DNA of 64,000 nucleotides from Mayamaea pseudoterrestris (lineage: Eukaryota). Location: assembly GCA_027923505.1 (NCBI GenBank), contig BROI01000011.1, positions 62,001-126,000 on the forward strand. Reading direction: 5' to 3'. Shown piece by piece: positions 49,701 through 61,300 of this stretch (position 1 is the first letter of the stretch; each line of letters begins with the position of its first letter). A program made the translations under genes and the position numbers. The notes beneath the pieces are model-generated. The model did not search any database and was not told where the DNA came from. It saw only the letters and a list, made by a program, of their open reading frames with translations.

Positions 49701-52005
49701 ATCTCTCCTTAGCCACCCTGACTACGAGGAGTCGTTCAATATTGTACACGTGACACACAATCGCGCCAATCTTGTTTGGATGCGGCACCACGATTAGATC
49801 TTTTTGTGGCCCATCAACGAGCGCTTCTCGCAAGATATCCTGGACTCGAGAACATTGAACGCTTATTCGCTGACATGGAATTGCGACAGAAACTGGTGTA
49901 CCCTGCGGAGGACATTCGGCTTGAAACGTTCGCTCAATCGGGTACATTGTGTCATTAAGCTCGGGTAGTCGTAGACGCTGCGCTAGCTTGACGCGAAGAA
50001 CCTTGTTCGTGTGCGATTTTGGCAGTGTCGACATGTACACGACACACTGCGGCCACTTTGGCGCTGTCAGCCTTCCTTCACCGAGGAAAGCATGCAATGT
50101 TGTCAGATCAATCATGGGCATGTTCGGGACAGGAATCAAAACTATTCCAACTACTTCTTGAAGTATCGAATGCGGCGTCGAAAAGGCAATACAGTTCTGC
50201 ACGAGTGGGTGTTCATTGACGGCTTCTTCTACCTCCAATGGCGAAATAATTTCGCCGCCTCGGTTAATGACTTCCTTCGATCGCCCCGTGATGTAAAGAT
50301 ATCCGTCAGAGTCTTGGTATCCAATATCGCCAGTGTTAAACCAGCCGCCAGGCAGAAATGTTTGTTGTTGCTGCTGTTCCCCTGCCATGAGACCATATCC
50401 GCGAAAGCAGGGTGCACCTCGGACACAAATCGCCCCTTCCTTGCCCGGTGACATGGCTTTCATACCATCCACGTCATAGATGGCAACTTCTGGACCCACC
50501 GCGACGCCACTAGTTCCAGGCTTTTCTAGCTGATACGTCGCTGGCGGACTCGTAATCGGCATACACTCGGTCATTCCGTAACTCGGCAAAACGTTCGCCT
50601 GAAAGGCTTGTCGCAACTCGCGCGCCAAGCTTGGCAGTAACCCTCCTGCGGCGTTTGCAATCATGCGCAACTTGGGGTGAGTTCCCGACGGAATGCGTCC
50701 ACATCCCTTGCTGTCGATCAAGCCTTCCGCCTGACCAGTCTGCAGAATAATTTGATGCATCGTTGGCGCCGCATAGTACCAGGTAAATCGTTCTTCCTTT
50801 AGCAAGCTCCAAAAGACGGCAGGATCAAATGATGGGCAACAAATAACGCAGCCTCCACTGAGTATAGGCGAAAAGACTTGTCGAATAATGCCTCCGACAT
50901 GAAATAACGGCATGAGGTTCAAGTTGATATCATCCGACGCGAGTTGCCAGCTAATGGCGATGCAGGATGTTGCAACCAAAACATCAGCTAGTAAGTGTGG
51001 AACAAGCTTTTTGCTTCCCGTAGTTCCGCTCGTGAACAAGACAAGAATTTCGTCATTGTGGCCATTGGGTTGCATGCTGCTGCTGGCATGTTCGTCATTG
51101 TTCTCATTGTAATTGTACGCACGCTGCTGATACTGCACTGCCGGATCATTTCCGAAGCTTGCCTTGATGGCAGACTCTTCCTCAGCGTTTCGTCCAGCGG
51201 ATCGATCTGCTTCATTCGTCAAAGTAGCGTGTGGGGTGGACGCATTTTGTGCGGGTCCATTGTTGGAGTCACCCATCATGCCAAGGATACGTCGCGGACT
51301 GGATGGAACGACGCTAGGGTATTTCGCAATCGACTGCTGCTGCTGCGGTTGCTGCAACACGAACAAGCCGGCGTGTTTCGCGTCCTCCTGCAAACCGCAG
51401 TAGGCAATTCCCAGCTTCTCCGCCACTTGCTGAATTCCATTGCTCTTGCCGCTACTACATCCTTGTTGACCAATCACCAAGTCCACCGACGCCAAAACCA
51501 AGTCGCTCTCCAGCTCCGCCACGGCTCCAAACGCGTTCAACGGCACGCACGAGCACCACGTCGTCAAGCACAAAATCGCCAGTGCCAGCGTCGGCCCATT
51601 CTCCAAGCACAAGGCAACCCGATGCCCACGTCGAATACCCAGTTTCTGTAGCGCCAAACCAGTCTGCTCCATGCATGTTCGTATTTGCTCAATGTCGAGG
51701 GGTAATCGACCATCAATGCTTGCCAGCGCCGCTGGAAGAGGTCCGCTGCTAGAGTTGCTACTTGTCGATGCCTTGGGCAAGGCTTCCAATAGATTGCGAA
51801 CCTGCGGCAGTACGGCTTGCGCGACATGAGTTCCGATAATGCTTCCATTTGGTTGCAGCAAATGCTTGGCGAGTCCGACCAGCGGTGGGAGTGGCGTGTT
51901 GGTATGCTTGCTTGCTTGACTCAATCGAGCGTGGTAGGAACTCGCAGCTGCCGCGTCCAAGACGGAGCTTGATCGAGAGAGCGAGGCCATGATGGAGGAT
52001 GACAT
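46760..52005 (-). CDS. Membrane-bound NRPS-like synthetase: adenylation domain, thiolation domain, TM segments and hexapeptide-repeat domains (Pls/PosA/polymalate-synthetase-like); intron 49425-49501
   Basis: A-domain FTSGTTGSKK, SYGMTE, FNTGDIG, GRSKEVINRGGE and LPKSHTNK; carrier motif NFFNVGGSSML. Three TM plus LbH units begin KWTIIGKYQAGRYP, KRLVIGKFQPG and KWAFMGTRKEGRY. The two ORFs splice in frame (CC|G). Confidence 0.9.
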
Positions 52006-52602
52006 TGATAATGATACAGTCAAGTGTTTTGATGTGATGTTTCGTCCGCAATCTTTCGGATTAATCTCTCGCAACGTTCTTGGTTTTGCAATCCGTGCTA
52101 CAGTGGCTGAATCGTGTCGCAAGAACCAACACTTTCGAGAGCGACCGACCGGTAACACTCTCTCTGTTCGTCTCGGAGTCTTATCAACGTGTTTTATGTA
52201 TGTGCTCGACTCTCACTTCCACGAGAGAATGGCAGCAAGAGAGGTGCGCAAGTAGGAATTGGATCACAAGATTGGATCAAACCGGAGTCGTCTGGATCGC
52301 CTGCGAGATAACTGAATAACTGAATAACTGATAAATAACAGGCAGCTTGCTCTTGAACGTCCAGTAGAGCCAAGCTGCTAGTCTTGGTCTTGCTATGGAG
52401 CGGAATCTGTGTGATGGAGCGAGGGGCGGAGCAGGATGGATGCCGACGTCGCCAAGAGAATCAAGCGGCATTGAAAATTACGTCTACTTAACAAGATACT
52501 TTCTGAACGGAGCATTTGAAATTCAAGCCTTCGCCAACGTGTACCGTTACGACAGCCGACTAACGCGACCTCACATTCTTTGAAAGGCTTCATTCGTTCA
52601 CC

Positions 52603-54159
52603 ATGGCAATCCTCTCGCAACGACAGCAATTTTCATTCACATTAGTATGGATATGCTGCATGTACTTTATGAATATTCGACATGCTTGTGCCCTTTCATC
52701 CAGAGCAGCGCATCCTAAACAGCCTCCCCGCAGTCACCAAACATCACCACCATTGTCACGCTCATCATCGCAACGACAAAAGGTCGCCATTATTGGGGGC
52801 GGCATTGCCGGATTATCCTGCGCACAGCAACTAGTCAATCATTCAAAATATCAAGTGACTGTCTTTGACACCGGAAGACTTCGGCCGGGAGGACGCTGCG
52901 CCAGTCGATTACCAAATGATGTAGCATCAAAGAAGGATGCAGCGTCGCCGACATTTCCCATACTTTCGCAGTACTGTATTGACCACGCGGCGCAAATAAA
53001 TGACGTTGAAACAGAGAAGAAGAGCAATGAGCATTTATATGGAGCATTTCAAAAACAAGTGTGCCAATGGAAGGAGCGAGGAATTTTAAAGGAGTTTCCA
53101 AAAAACTCGCTGGTCCAAATTCAGGTCGACAAGCATGGAGTTGCAACCTCAATCGAGCCCGTAGCTTCATCATCATCGTCGTCGTCGTACCTGCACGCTC
53201 CGCAAGGCATGGGGTCAATTCCAATTTCCATTCTCAACGCTATAGAAAGTGTTTCTGGAAACGATGATGGCAAGTTTGTCTATCGACAAGACGTTTGGGT
53301 CAGTCCATCCAACGGTTTGCGCTACTTGAATCAAACGCGCGACTGGCAAATTTCATCCAATGGCAAGTCATTGGGTCGCTTCGATCAAGTCATTATTGCA
53401 CACAACGGCAAGTGCGCCGACCGGTTAACAAGTGCCACGCCCGCTAAGCTCATCAACAACCTGCTCAAGGTCAAGTTCGCTCCAACGACAACAAAAAAGT
53501 CACAACGCATGACGCTCAATAGCATTTACAGTTTAAGCTTTGCACTACCGCGCGGATCAAATCTTTCGAAGCGATTGGCGAGCGAAAGTGGAAGTCCGTT
53601 CATGTGCGGCATGATTCAAAAGCATCCTAGCTTGTCCTTTCTCACCTGCCAAACTAACAAGCTTCAGCAACCGGCTGCAGATTGCGAGCATGAAATCTGG
53701 ACGATTTTAAGTACAGCAAACTTTGCATCGCAGCACAAGGCGCCGCAAGAGTTTTTGCCCCAAGATGTTATCGCAAACGTATCCAAACTGTTGATCAACT
53801 CGCTCGAAGAGTGTTTGGGCATGTCGCAACAATCTATACATGCAAGCATACTCGAGCATCGCCTCCAACTTTGGGGTGCAGCTCTTCCACTCAATGTGTA
53901 TCAAAGCGGTGAAGACAAGAGGGATGGCTTTCTTTGGGATGGCAAGTTTCAAATTGGTGTCTGTGGTGACTGGCTAATGGAGCCCAGCATTCGCGGAGCA
54001 TGGACGAGTGGACTGCAACTGGGACGATTGCTTACAAACGATGACCGACGCGACAATGCCCAAAGTAAGCAGTTCAAAGGTGCGTTTTATAGGAGCGATG
54101 CCGCGGCGGAAGCGGGGATTGGAGCATTTGATTTGCCGATTGCGGTGGCGGAAAGGTAG
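52603..54159 (+). CDS. Renalase-like FAD/NAD(P)-dependent oxidoreductase
   Basis: KVAIIGGGIAGLSCA, GGRCASR, DHAAQ, QLWGAALP and GVCGDWL..SIRGAWTSG; N-terminal hydrophobic presequence. Confidence 0.88.
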   Translation: MAILSQRQQFSFTLVWICCMYFMNIRHACALSSRAAHPKQPPRSHQTSPPLSRSSSQRQKVAIIGGGIAGLSCAQQLVNHSKYQVTVFDTGRLRPGGRCASRLPNDVASKKDAASPTFPILSQYCIDHAAQINDVETEKKSNEHLYGAFQKQVCQWKERGILKEFPKNSLVQIQVDKHGVATSIEPVASSSSSSSYLHAPQGMGSIPISILNAIESVSGNDDGKFVYRQDVWVSPSNGLRYLNQTRDWQISSNGKSLGRFDQVIIAHNGKCADRLTSATPAKLINNLLKVKFAPTTTKKSQRMTLNSIYSLSFALPRGSNLSKRLASESGSPFMCGMIQKHPSLSFLTCQTNKLQQPAADCEHEIWTILSTANFASQHKAPQEFLPQDVIANVSKLLINSLEECLGMSQQSIHASILEHRLQLWGAALPLNVYQSGEDKRDGFLWDGKFQIGVCGDWLMEPSIRGAWTSGLQLGRLLTNDDRRDNAQSKQFKGAFYRSDAAAEAGIGAFDLPIAVAER

Positions 54160-54360
54160 ACTACTTTTTTCCGGATCTTGCACCAGCTAACTGTGCTTTC
54201 GCTCGAATCCTGATGTATGGTGCGCTTTGCACCTTTTTATTCGTAAAACCGTGTTACAAAGAGAGTTAAAAGCTTGCACTAGCATCGTGAATTATCAATA
54301 GATGCATTTATGCATTTATCTATCTTATCAGGCTAACTCGTTAGGTTTTGTAGTTCTGGC

Positions 54361-54552
54361 CTAGCCCTCTTCGTCTTTTACCTTTTTTACCAAGTCCAAA
54401 ACGAATGCGTCGTCGCGCATCACTCGTTCAAGCGCCTCGGCCCGAGACTTTATACAGGACTTGCATCGCTGGCAACCAGGACCTTTGTCGAGTTGGCTCT
54501 TGCTGAAACTCCATTTGTTCTTTTTCTTTTTGCAACTGAAACATTCAGGCAT
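54361..54552 (-). CDS. Small Stc1-like CxxC...CxxC zinc-finger protein
   Basis: MPECFSC...FSKSQL...RCKSC pattern in a 63-aa ATG-initiated ORF. Confidence 0.6.
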   Translation of the reverse strand: MPECFSCKKKKNKWSFSKSQLDKGPGCQRCKSCIKSRAEALERVMRDDAFVLDLVKKVKDEEG

Positions 54553-54867
54553 GGTGCAACCACTTGCAATATGTGGGCGCAGATAAGTTTACGCCAGGTT
54601 GCGTTTCCCGTTCTCTAGGTGAGAGCCTACCGAATTCGTAATTCGTACGAGGTTCGAATCGTTTTTAAAGTAAATCCATTCGTCTTGAAACTCATCCGCA
54701 TGATTAACGATGCTCAACAGATATGCCCGATAGGAACGACCGAATGAGACAGAAACGGGGTTACTAAACCTGATAGCTGCGAGTTCCCCACCAGCGCGCA
54801 ATCACATGGATAGACATTCGGCGAAACCGACCAAGGCACTCCAAGCCAATCCGCATTAAACACCGCT

Positions 54868-56841
54868 TCAATTAAGCTTAATGCACTCGCGAGCTGACAG
54901 GGTCAAGATCTTGGCCTTGTTGCCTATCCGTTCTGCTACTTGCGGCAAGGTTTTTACTCTCACCAAGCATTTTCCGGTGCATCCTGGTAAATCGTCAAGA
55001 GTAAGCTGATTGTCGGACCAAACAGAGATTCTAGCCTCCCAAAGGGAATCGAGCTGAACAGTTCTTTCGCTACCAGTAACCTCGTCCAAGACAGTTACTT
55101 CCATCATACCCATTCCTGCCCAGTAGGATCGGAGAATGGCCAGGTACACGACATAGCAAGGACGCTCCGGCAAGTCAACATCAAACTCAAGGACTTCGCC
55201 CCCATCCACATTCGATGCAATCCAACCCATTTTGGTGGCAAACTTGCCACCGTCGTACGTAAATTGAAAGCCTGGCGTATTGTTGGCGGCTTTCAGAACA
55301 TGGCAGAACGCATCCTCGCATTCCGCGTCCTCGACCAAGGCAAAGTTGCTACGTGTGAGCAACGCATTGGGCGTACCAAGCCAGCCCACCAGTGGCAGAT
55401 TTTGTGGAGCGACAGCTGAGGATATTGTTGATTGCTGCGTATCCGACAGCTGCTGTCGCTGACAGTCATCCTTGACTGCCGTCGCAAGGGCTTGGACGAT
55501 GAAATCTTTGGCAATGGCGTGACCTCTGGCACTAGGGTGAACAGCGTCCACCGAAAATAGTTCAAGAAAGCAATATTCTCGTCCCGGCGGTGGCAAGGCA
55601 TTCATATCGCAGTTGTGCCCCGATTCTTCCATGATGTCGCATACCGTCAAACACTTTCTGGCGCTATATGTCCGGTTGTAGTAGTTGCGAAACTGTTCAA
55701 TCATTGTCTCCGGACGACACTCGTGACAACCATAAGGAAACGGCTGGATACTTTCACCAATGGGCACTGTATATAGCTCTGTTGCGTTCAATTTATGGTA
55801 CATCAAATCAAAGATTTCCGGAAGCATTGCATCCGCGTACGAAATCATGGGCACCTGATAGTGCTGAGCCACACCCATGTGCAGCATTTGGGCCGTCTTG
55901 CGCTGCAAGATTGACGATCGAAACTCGACAAACATGATGGATGCTTCAGGAAAGGATGACAGTAGCTTGTAGACAACAACTTCGGCGCAAAGTGCCAAGT
56001 CCTCAAAGTTTTGGAAAAAGACGTCCATTTGCGAAACAGCGTAGTGAACATGATCCTGTCCTTGGTAGTCATTCACGGCATACTCCAAAGTCACCACGTC
56101 GGGTACTTTCATATTCTGCGTTCGATTCAAAAAGTCTAGCATGGTGGTCATGCGCTTGGCAAGGTGGCAAATATCAGCGCCATGCTGGGCCATGTTGTGA
56201 ACGCGGTGACGCTCGTCTTGGTTTGGCATTGGATATTCCTCATTGAGCCAATGCTCCAGCAGTCCCGTATATCCTTCGGAACCAATATTCATATTTAACT
56301 CTACTCCATGTGATTTGGTAATGGACCCGCCAAAGGAAACCACGTGTATGGGTTTTTTACGCTGCCGGAGCTTTTGTGCGACTTGCGCAAGTCGATACGG
56401 GTGACCCCAATTGGCTCTCGAGCGTCGCATCGAGTCTTGCGTAAGACCAGGTGTCTGACGACTGGTGGCTTGTACAAAGGCAGACTCGCAAACGTCGGCT
56501 TGGACTAGAGGAGTAGTTGGAGCAGCAGGAGGAGGAGTGGATGGAATTTCGTTTGCTTTGCTTGCTATTGCTGCTTCGGCATGTTGACTGACATTTTTTA
56601 ATTGGCTTTTGAGCCTTTGTATTTCCTTTAGCAGTAATTTGACTTGTTCATCGTCTTGTTTGTTGCTTTCTGAAGCATTTACGTGATTTATAACCGTTCC
56701 AATGGCAGGCTGATGCTGCAGCATGCCGGAGAATTGCATGCTACTCGAGCTGTTGTATATTGAGTATAACAACGATGCTGCCACTACAGCTAGTAGAAAG
56801 AAAATGGCTCGGGATCCTGAACATTTGTTCTTCGTCTTCAT
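54868..56841 (-). CDS. Type II membrane SGNH/GDSL-hydrolase-like protein, paralog A
   Basis: N-terminal TM and coiled coil; FGGSIT (block I), EYAVND (block III) and DAVHPS (block V). Confidence 0.82.
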   Translation of the reverse strand: MKTKNKCSGSRAIFFLLAVVAASLLYSIYNSSSSMQFSGMLQHQPAIGTVINHVNASESNKQDDEQVKLLLKEIQRLKSQLKNVSQHAEAAIASKANEIPSTPPPAAPTTPLVQADVCESAFVQATSRQTPGLTQDSMRRSRANWGHPYRLAQVAQKLRQRKKPIHVVSFGGSITKSHGVELNMNIGSEGYTGLLEHWLNEEYPMPNQDERHRVHNMAQHGADICHLAKRMTTMLDFLNRTQNMKVPDVVTLEYAVNDYQGQDHVHYAVSQMDVFFQNFEDLALCAEVVVYKLLSSFPEASIMFVEFRSSILQRKTAQMLHMGVAQHYQVPMISYADAMLPEIFDLMYHKLNATELYTVPIGESIQPFPYGCHECRPETMIEQFRNYYNRTYSARKCLTVCDIMEESGHNCDMNALPPPGREYCFLELFSVDAVHPSARGHAIAKDFIVQALATAVKDDCQRQQLSDTQQSTISSAVAPQNLPLVGWLGTPNALLTRSNFALVEDAECEDAFCHVLKAANNTPGFQFTYDGGKFATKMGWIASNVDGGEVLEFDVDLPERPCYVVYLAILRSYWAGMGMMEVTVLDEVTGSERTVQLDSLWEARISVWSDNQLTLDDLPGCTGKCLVRVKTLPQVAERIGNKAKILTLSARECIKLN

Positions 56842-56940
56842 CTTGCAGAAAAATCAGTTCGTCTGCAGTCTGCAGTCTCTTCTAGCGTGACTGCAGCACC
56901 GCAGAATTTCAAATAATGCCTGCTAGACGACGCTTTCGTG

Positions 56941-57953
56941 TACGAGGTCCGGCTAGCGATAAATTCACACGCGATAGCCCGTGTTAATTAGCGTTCTCGC
57001 GGTGGATCACGCGATAAATTTCACGCGCGCACGTCATTTTTCGTCGACCATGGCGCATCATTGCCGTCGCTCTACTAGTATTCTTCTACAATGCCTCCAC
57101 TACTATACATGAATCGCAGACCTTAATAAGTAGGAATCTATGACACTGATCCTGGATACGTAGATCCCACAGACAAGGAAGGGTATCAGTCCTTGATGGA
57201 GCGACGAGAGCAAGCCAGTCTTGTAGGCGGTGTCTCCCTTGCATCAGGATCAAAGAACCAGCCAGCAATATACAACAAAGCGTCGGCGCAAAGCATCCTC
57301 TCTAATCTGTACTATAATATGAATTAGAGGTGGCGCGACATGACAAATTGATAGTTGAGCTCGACAAACGACATTGCAATCCTTTGTTGCTGCCTGCTTC
57401 GTCGCCTTGAACTTGTCGGCCTTGCACCAGCGTTTAAATGAAACAGACTGCAAACTTTGGAGTAATAGCTTGGATCAAGACGAATTGACTATTACAAGGC
57501 GCATCAGTTGATTCTCCATGGTGTGTCGACGATTCGGCGGCAGCAAGCCTTGCGGCATGCTCATGCTGTCGTTGTTGACGAGCTGGAACACTTCAAGTGT
57601 CATTGAAACGGAGTACGCGACGCCATAGATTGCTAGCTTTGAGACTGCAAACTACAGGAGACTGCTTCGCAAGAGTGAATGATCATTCTGAGTCGTCAAT
57701 GGACTAGAATTCTCGTATGAATGAGGAGTGCACGCGCATTTACACGGTCGCTCGCGATGAAAGAATGGCCCATTTTAGCGAGTATAAACTATAATTTGAT
57801 AGTCCATTATCATTCAATACATCATATTATAGCTTGTAAGTGGTTGATAAGTCGTAACTATGCTTCTATCAGGTGTTAATGGTCGTTTTGGTGGGTGGCC
57901 GTCGATTTAACACGGGCTATCGCGTGTGAATTTATCGCTAGCCGGACCTCGTA
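56941..57953. mobile_element. Non-autonomous Tc1/mariner-type DNA transposon (MITE-like) with 45-bp TIRs and TA target duplication
   Basis: 56943-56987 (CGAGGTCCGGCTAGCGATAAATTCACACGCGATAGCCCGTGTTAA) is the exact reverse complement of 57907-57951. TA flanks both ends and no long internal ORF is present. Confidence 0.88.
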
Positions 57954-58389
57954 TGCAAAAAAACCGGTCAGTAGCTCGGTCGTCGCAGCAAGTCAACAAC
58001 GATATGCTTGGGATGCTAGCGTGATCAGCGTGGTCTAAAGTCGGCACATTGCTGTGATGGAACAGAGGGTCATCATGGCTCGCCTCGAATGACGGTGGTT
58101 TGCTCAAAACGTCAGAGTTAGTAATCATCCAATCAAAACTCACCAAAATTGGCACGACTCCTTTTCATGATCGCAGCGTACGTCGTCTCAGGCATTACCA
58201 CTCCGACACGTGCGTCAGACGCGCGTCACGCTTCGCGCGGAGCAAAATCCACCATGATCGAAGGCTGTCACGAAGCGGCCCAAAATCTTGCTTCTGTAGA
58301 TAAAAACAAAATACATTGCTTACAGCGAGAGTCAAATCAAGCTCCGTAAAAGAAAATCGCAAAATTGACTGCAATATAATTAACAATTC

Positions 58390-61300
58390 ATGCCTCCAAT
58401 CGACGATCCATCCGCGCTGCAGCTCGATCCGGAGCCCCCATCTGTGAGAGCTTCTGCAGCAACAACAACATCTCCTACAACAGCATTACCAGGCCGCGTC
58501 GTTCGCTTGAACTTTTACTGCATTGCCGAACTACCGATTGGAAGTACGCTCCGCGTGACGGGTAGTACGCTCTGGGCGCCGGGAACGCTGGCGCATGATC
58601 CGTCCGATGCGGCTGCCGTGTACGCGCACGAGCAAGCCCAGGGGTTTACCACCAATACGCCGTCTCCGGATGATACAGTCATGGTCATGGATGAATCGGA
58701 ACATGCAAACGTATTGACTGCGTGTGCTGGAAGTGGAGCAGGCGGAGGAAGACCATTGTATGCGAGTAGCATTGAAATGGTAACGACGCCGGAAACGTAT
58801 CCAGTGTGGAAGACGCGTCGGCCCGTCATTTTGGTGGTTCACGCGCATGACAACCATAACAAGGGCGGAAATACGAGTAGTAGTAACCTTTCCGCGCCGC
58901 CTCGCCGCCGCATTCAGCATCACTACTACCGCTATCTAGTGGTCTGTCCAGGAGCAGCTGCCGAAAATGTATTGGAGCAGCCAGCGGATTTATTAATGGA
59001 GGATGTTAGTTTGGGCAATTTGATTAGCACCTCCAATGAGGAGTTTGGATCGACACCAGTCATGCAGTGGGAGGATCCATTTTCAAGCATTCTCTCCAGT
59101 ACAAGCTTGGCGGATGCTAGGGCCAATTCCATTGCGGAAGCTAGCGCTGTTAGCATGGCGAGTAGCTTATTTGGAACGACGTCGAGTAATGCCAACGGTG
59201 CGACGGCCAAGGATTATAGAAACTTGCCGTATCGAACATTGGATATTGATCTTGCGACGAATCAGCCTCTTTGGGACGATGGAACTGGAAGTGGAGACGA
59301 GGAAAATGGAGTGCATATGGATCATTGGAACGTTGCGGATGATGTCACCTTTCGTCCATATCGGATTCGGGAAGTGGTATGTGCATGCGCGAGTAATATA
59401 CAGCTGCAAAGGATTGTTTGTAAACATTCGCAAGACTCACTTGGTAAAATTTTCAATCATTGTTTCCTGTTCTTCAACCATTCTTCAATTTCTCTCAGAT
59501 TCACCAAGAGAACCGCCGCAAACTTCTTACACGCAGCGTTTCCAGCGTCGTTGGAGACGATACCGACATGGCGACGGATCGACTCGAGGATGAGGATCGC
59601 ATTCTTTCGTCGTCGAATATCATGGCGAGTGGCGACGCGACTCCAGTCTTTTCAGCAAGTAGTCGCATCTTCTTTGTTTGCTACCACTTGCCCGTTGTCG
59701 TTGCGCAAGATCCAATCACCAAGGATTGGAGAGCTTCATGGAGCGAAAGTATTTTGGCAAGAACGGAAGGTTCGCGCATATTGGCCATGTATGAGAGCTA
59801 CTGGGTTGGAACAGTGACCACCTATCCGCCATTGGAAACGGCAGAGGACAAGGATGCTGTTAGCAAGCTGCTGAAGGAAATGAATTGTGTTCCAATATTT
59901 TTGGATACGGCCATTCGTCAAGCGCACTATTATGGATTCTGCAAGCAAGTCTTGTGGCCAGCTTTCCATAATATCGACTTGTTGGACTTGTCAACGAGTG
60001 GATGGTTGTCGGACCCAAACGGCAATGGTCACGATGCAGATTCAAGTACCTCTGGAACGGCCCCTGCGAGCAGCGACTGGGACCAGTCGCGCCTCGAACA
60101 CTGGTGGCTGGCCTACAATGCCACGAATGCGGAGTTTTGTCGCGTTTTGGCCAATTACTTTCGACCGGGCGACATTTTGTGGATTCATGATTACCACTTG
60201 AGCATTTTGCCCAAGATGCTGCATTCGATTGAAACGGAAACGTATGGCAAGTGCGTCACGCGCAAGGTTTTCTTTCTGCATATTCCATTTCCGACGTCGC
60301 AAATCTTTCGCGAGTTGGAGTGCGGCGAAAGTTTGCTCCAGGGCATGTTGCATGCGGACGTGGTCGGCTTTCACGCATTTGACCACGCTCGTCACTTTTT
60401 GAACGCGGCCAAGCGCATTTTGGGTCTCAATTATGAAAGCATTGCTGGTGGGTTGATTGGAGTCAACTTCCAGGGCAAGACAGTCTTAGTATCCATGAGC
60501 AATGTTTCGATTGAGCCTCGCATGGTAGATGTCGCCCTGATGCTGCCGACGGTTGCGGAAGGGAAGAAGGCTTCAAAGAAAAAGCATGACGGCCGCATCA
60601 TCATTGGGGGCGTAGACATTGGCCAGCGCTTGTCGGGAGTGGCTCTCAAGTTTCTAGCCTATGAACGCTTACTGCAGGATTATCCAGTCTGGCAGAGTAA
60701 GGTCGTTATGGTGCAGCGTGTTTTGCTTCCTGGATCCCGCAAGGTGGACGAAAAGGCGACGATTGCTGAGCTCCGAGCGATTGTCAAGCGCTTGACAGAT
60801 AAGTTTGGGTCTAAGGTCATTGACTACGAAGAATCGGCCGGGTCGTCTTTGCCGTTGGATCAGCGGCTGGCGTTGTGGAAATCGAGCGACATCCTCATGT
60901 GCACACCGATTCGTGAAGGCCTCAATCATTGGCCGTTGGAATTCATTTACGCGCACAAGGCTCCGGAGAGTCCAGGGGTTGTGATCATGTCCGAATTTTC
61001 GGCGGTGAGCTCGATTTTGAATGGGGCGCTCCGTGTCAATCCCTTTGACATTCAAATGAGTATTATTACAATCGACAAGGCACTCAGCATGGAGCTCCAG
61101 GAACGTGAAGGTCGTCGCTTCCGCGACATTGACTTTGTCCAGGGCAGTCCATCGGATCGCTGGGTCAAGAATGTTTTACGCGATCTGCGCGATGCGACCT
61201 GTCGCCAGTCGGCGGCAAACCAGAGCGAGACGAACTCGCAGTCTCAAACACCTTATGGGACACCAAACCCCAAGTCACAGGCATTAATCGACAGTACCGC

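Noticed and set aside
52308..52331. (ATAACTGA)x3 between the NRPS-like and renalase-like genes
   Set aside because: Could be regulatory but cannot be told apart from replication slippage.
57086..57453. Short ORFs inside the TIR element as possible transposase remnants
   Set aside because: No DDE/D or helix-turn-helix motifs recognised.
59377..59817. Overlap of the two TPS ORFs suggesting a frameshift or pseudogene
   Set aside because: Fully explained by a canonical GT-AG intron at 59377-59498.
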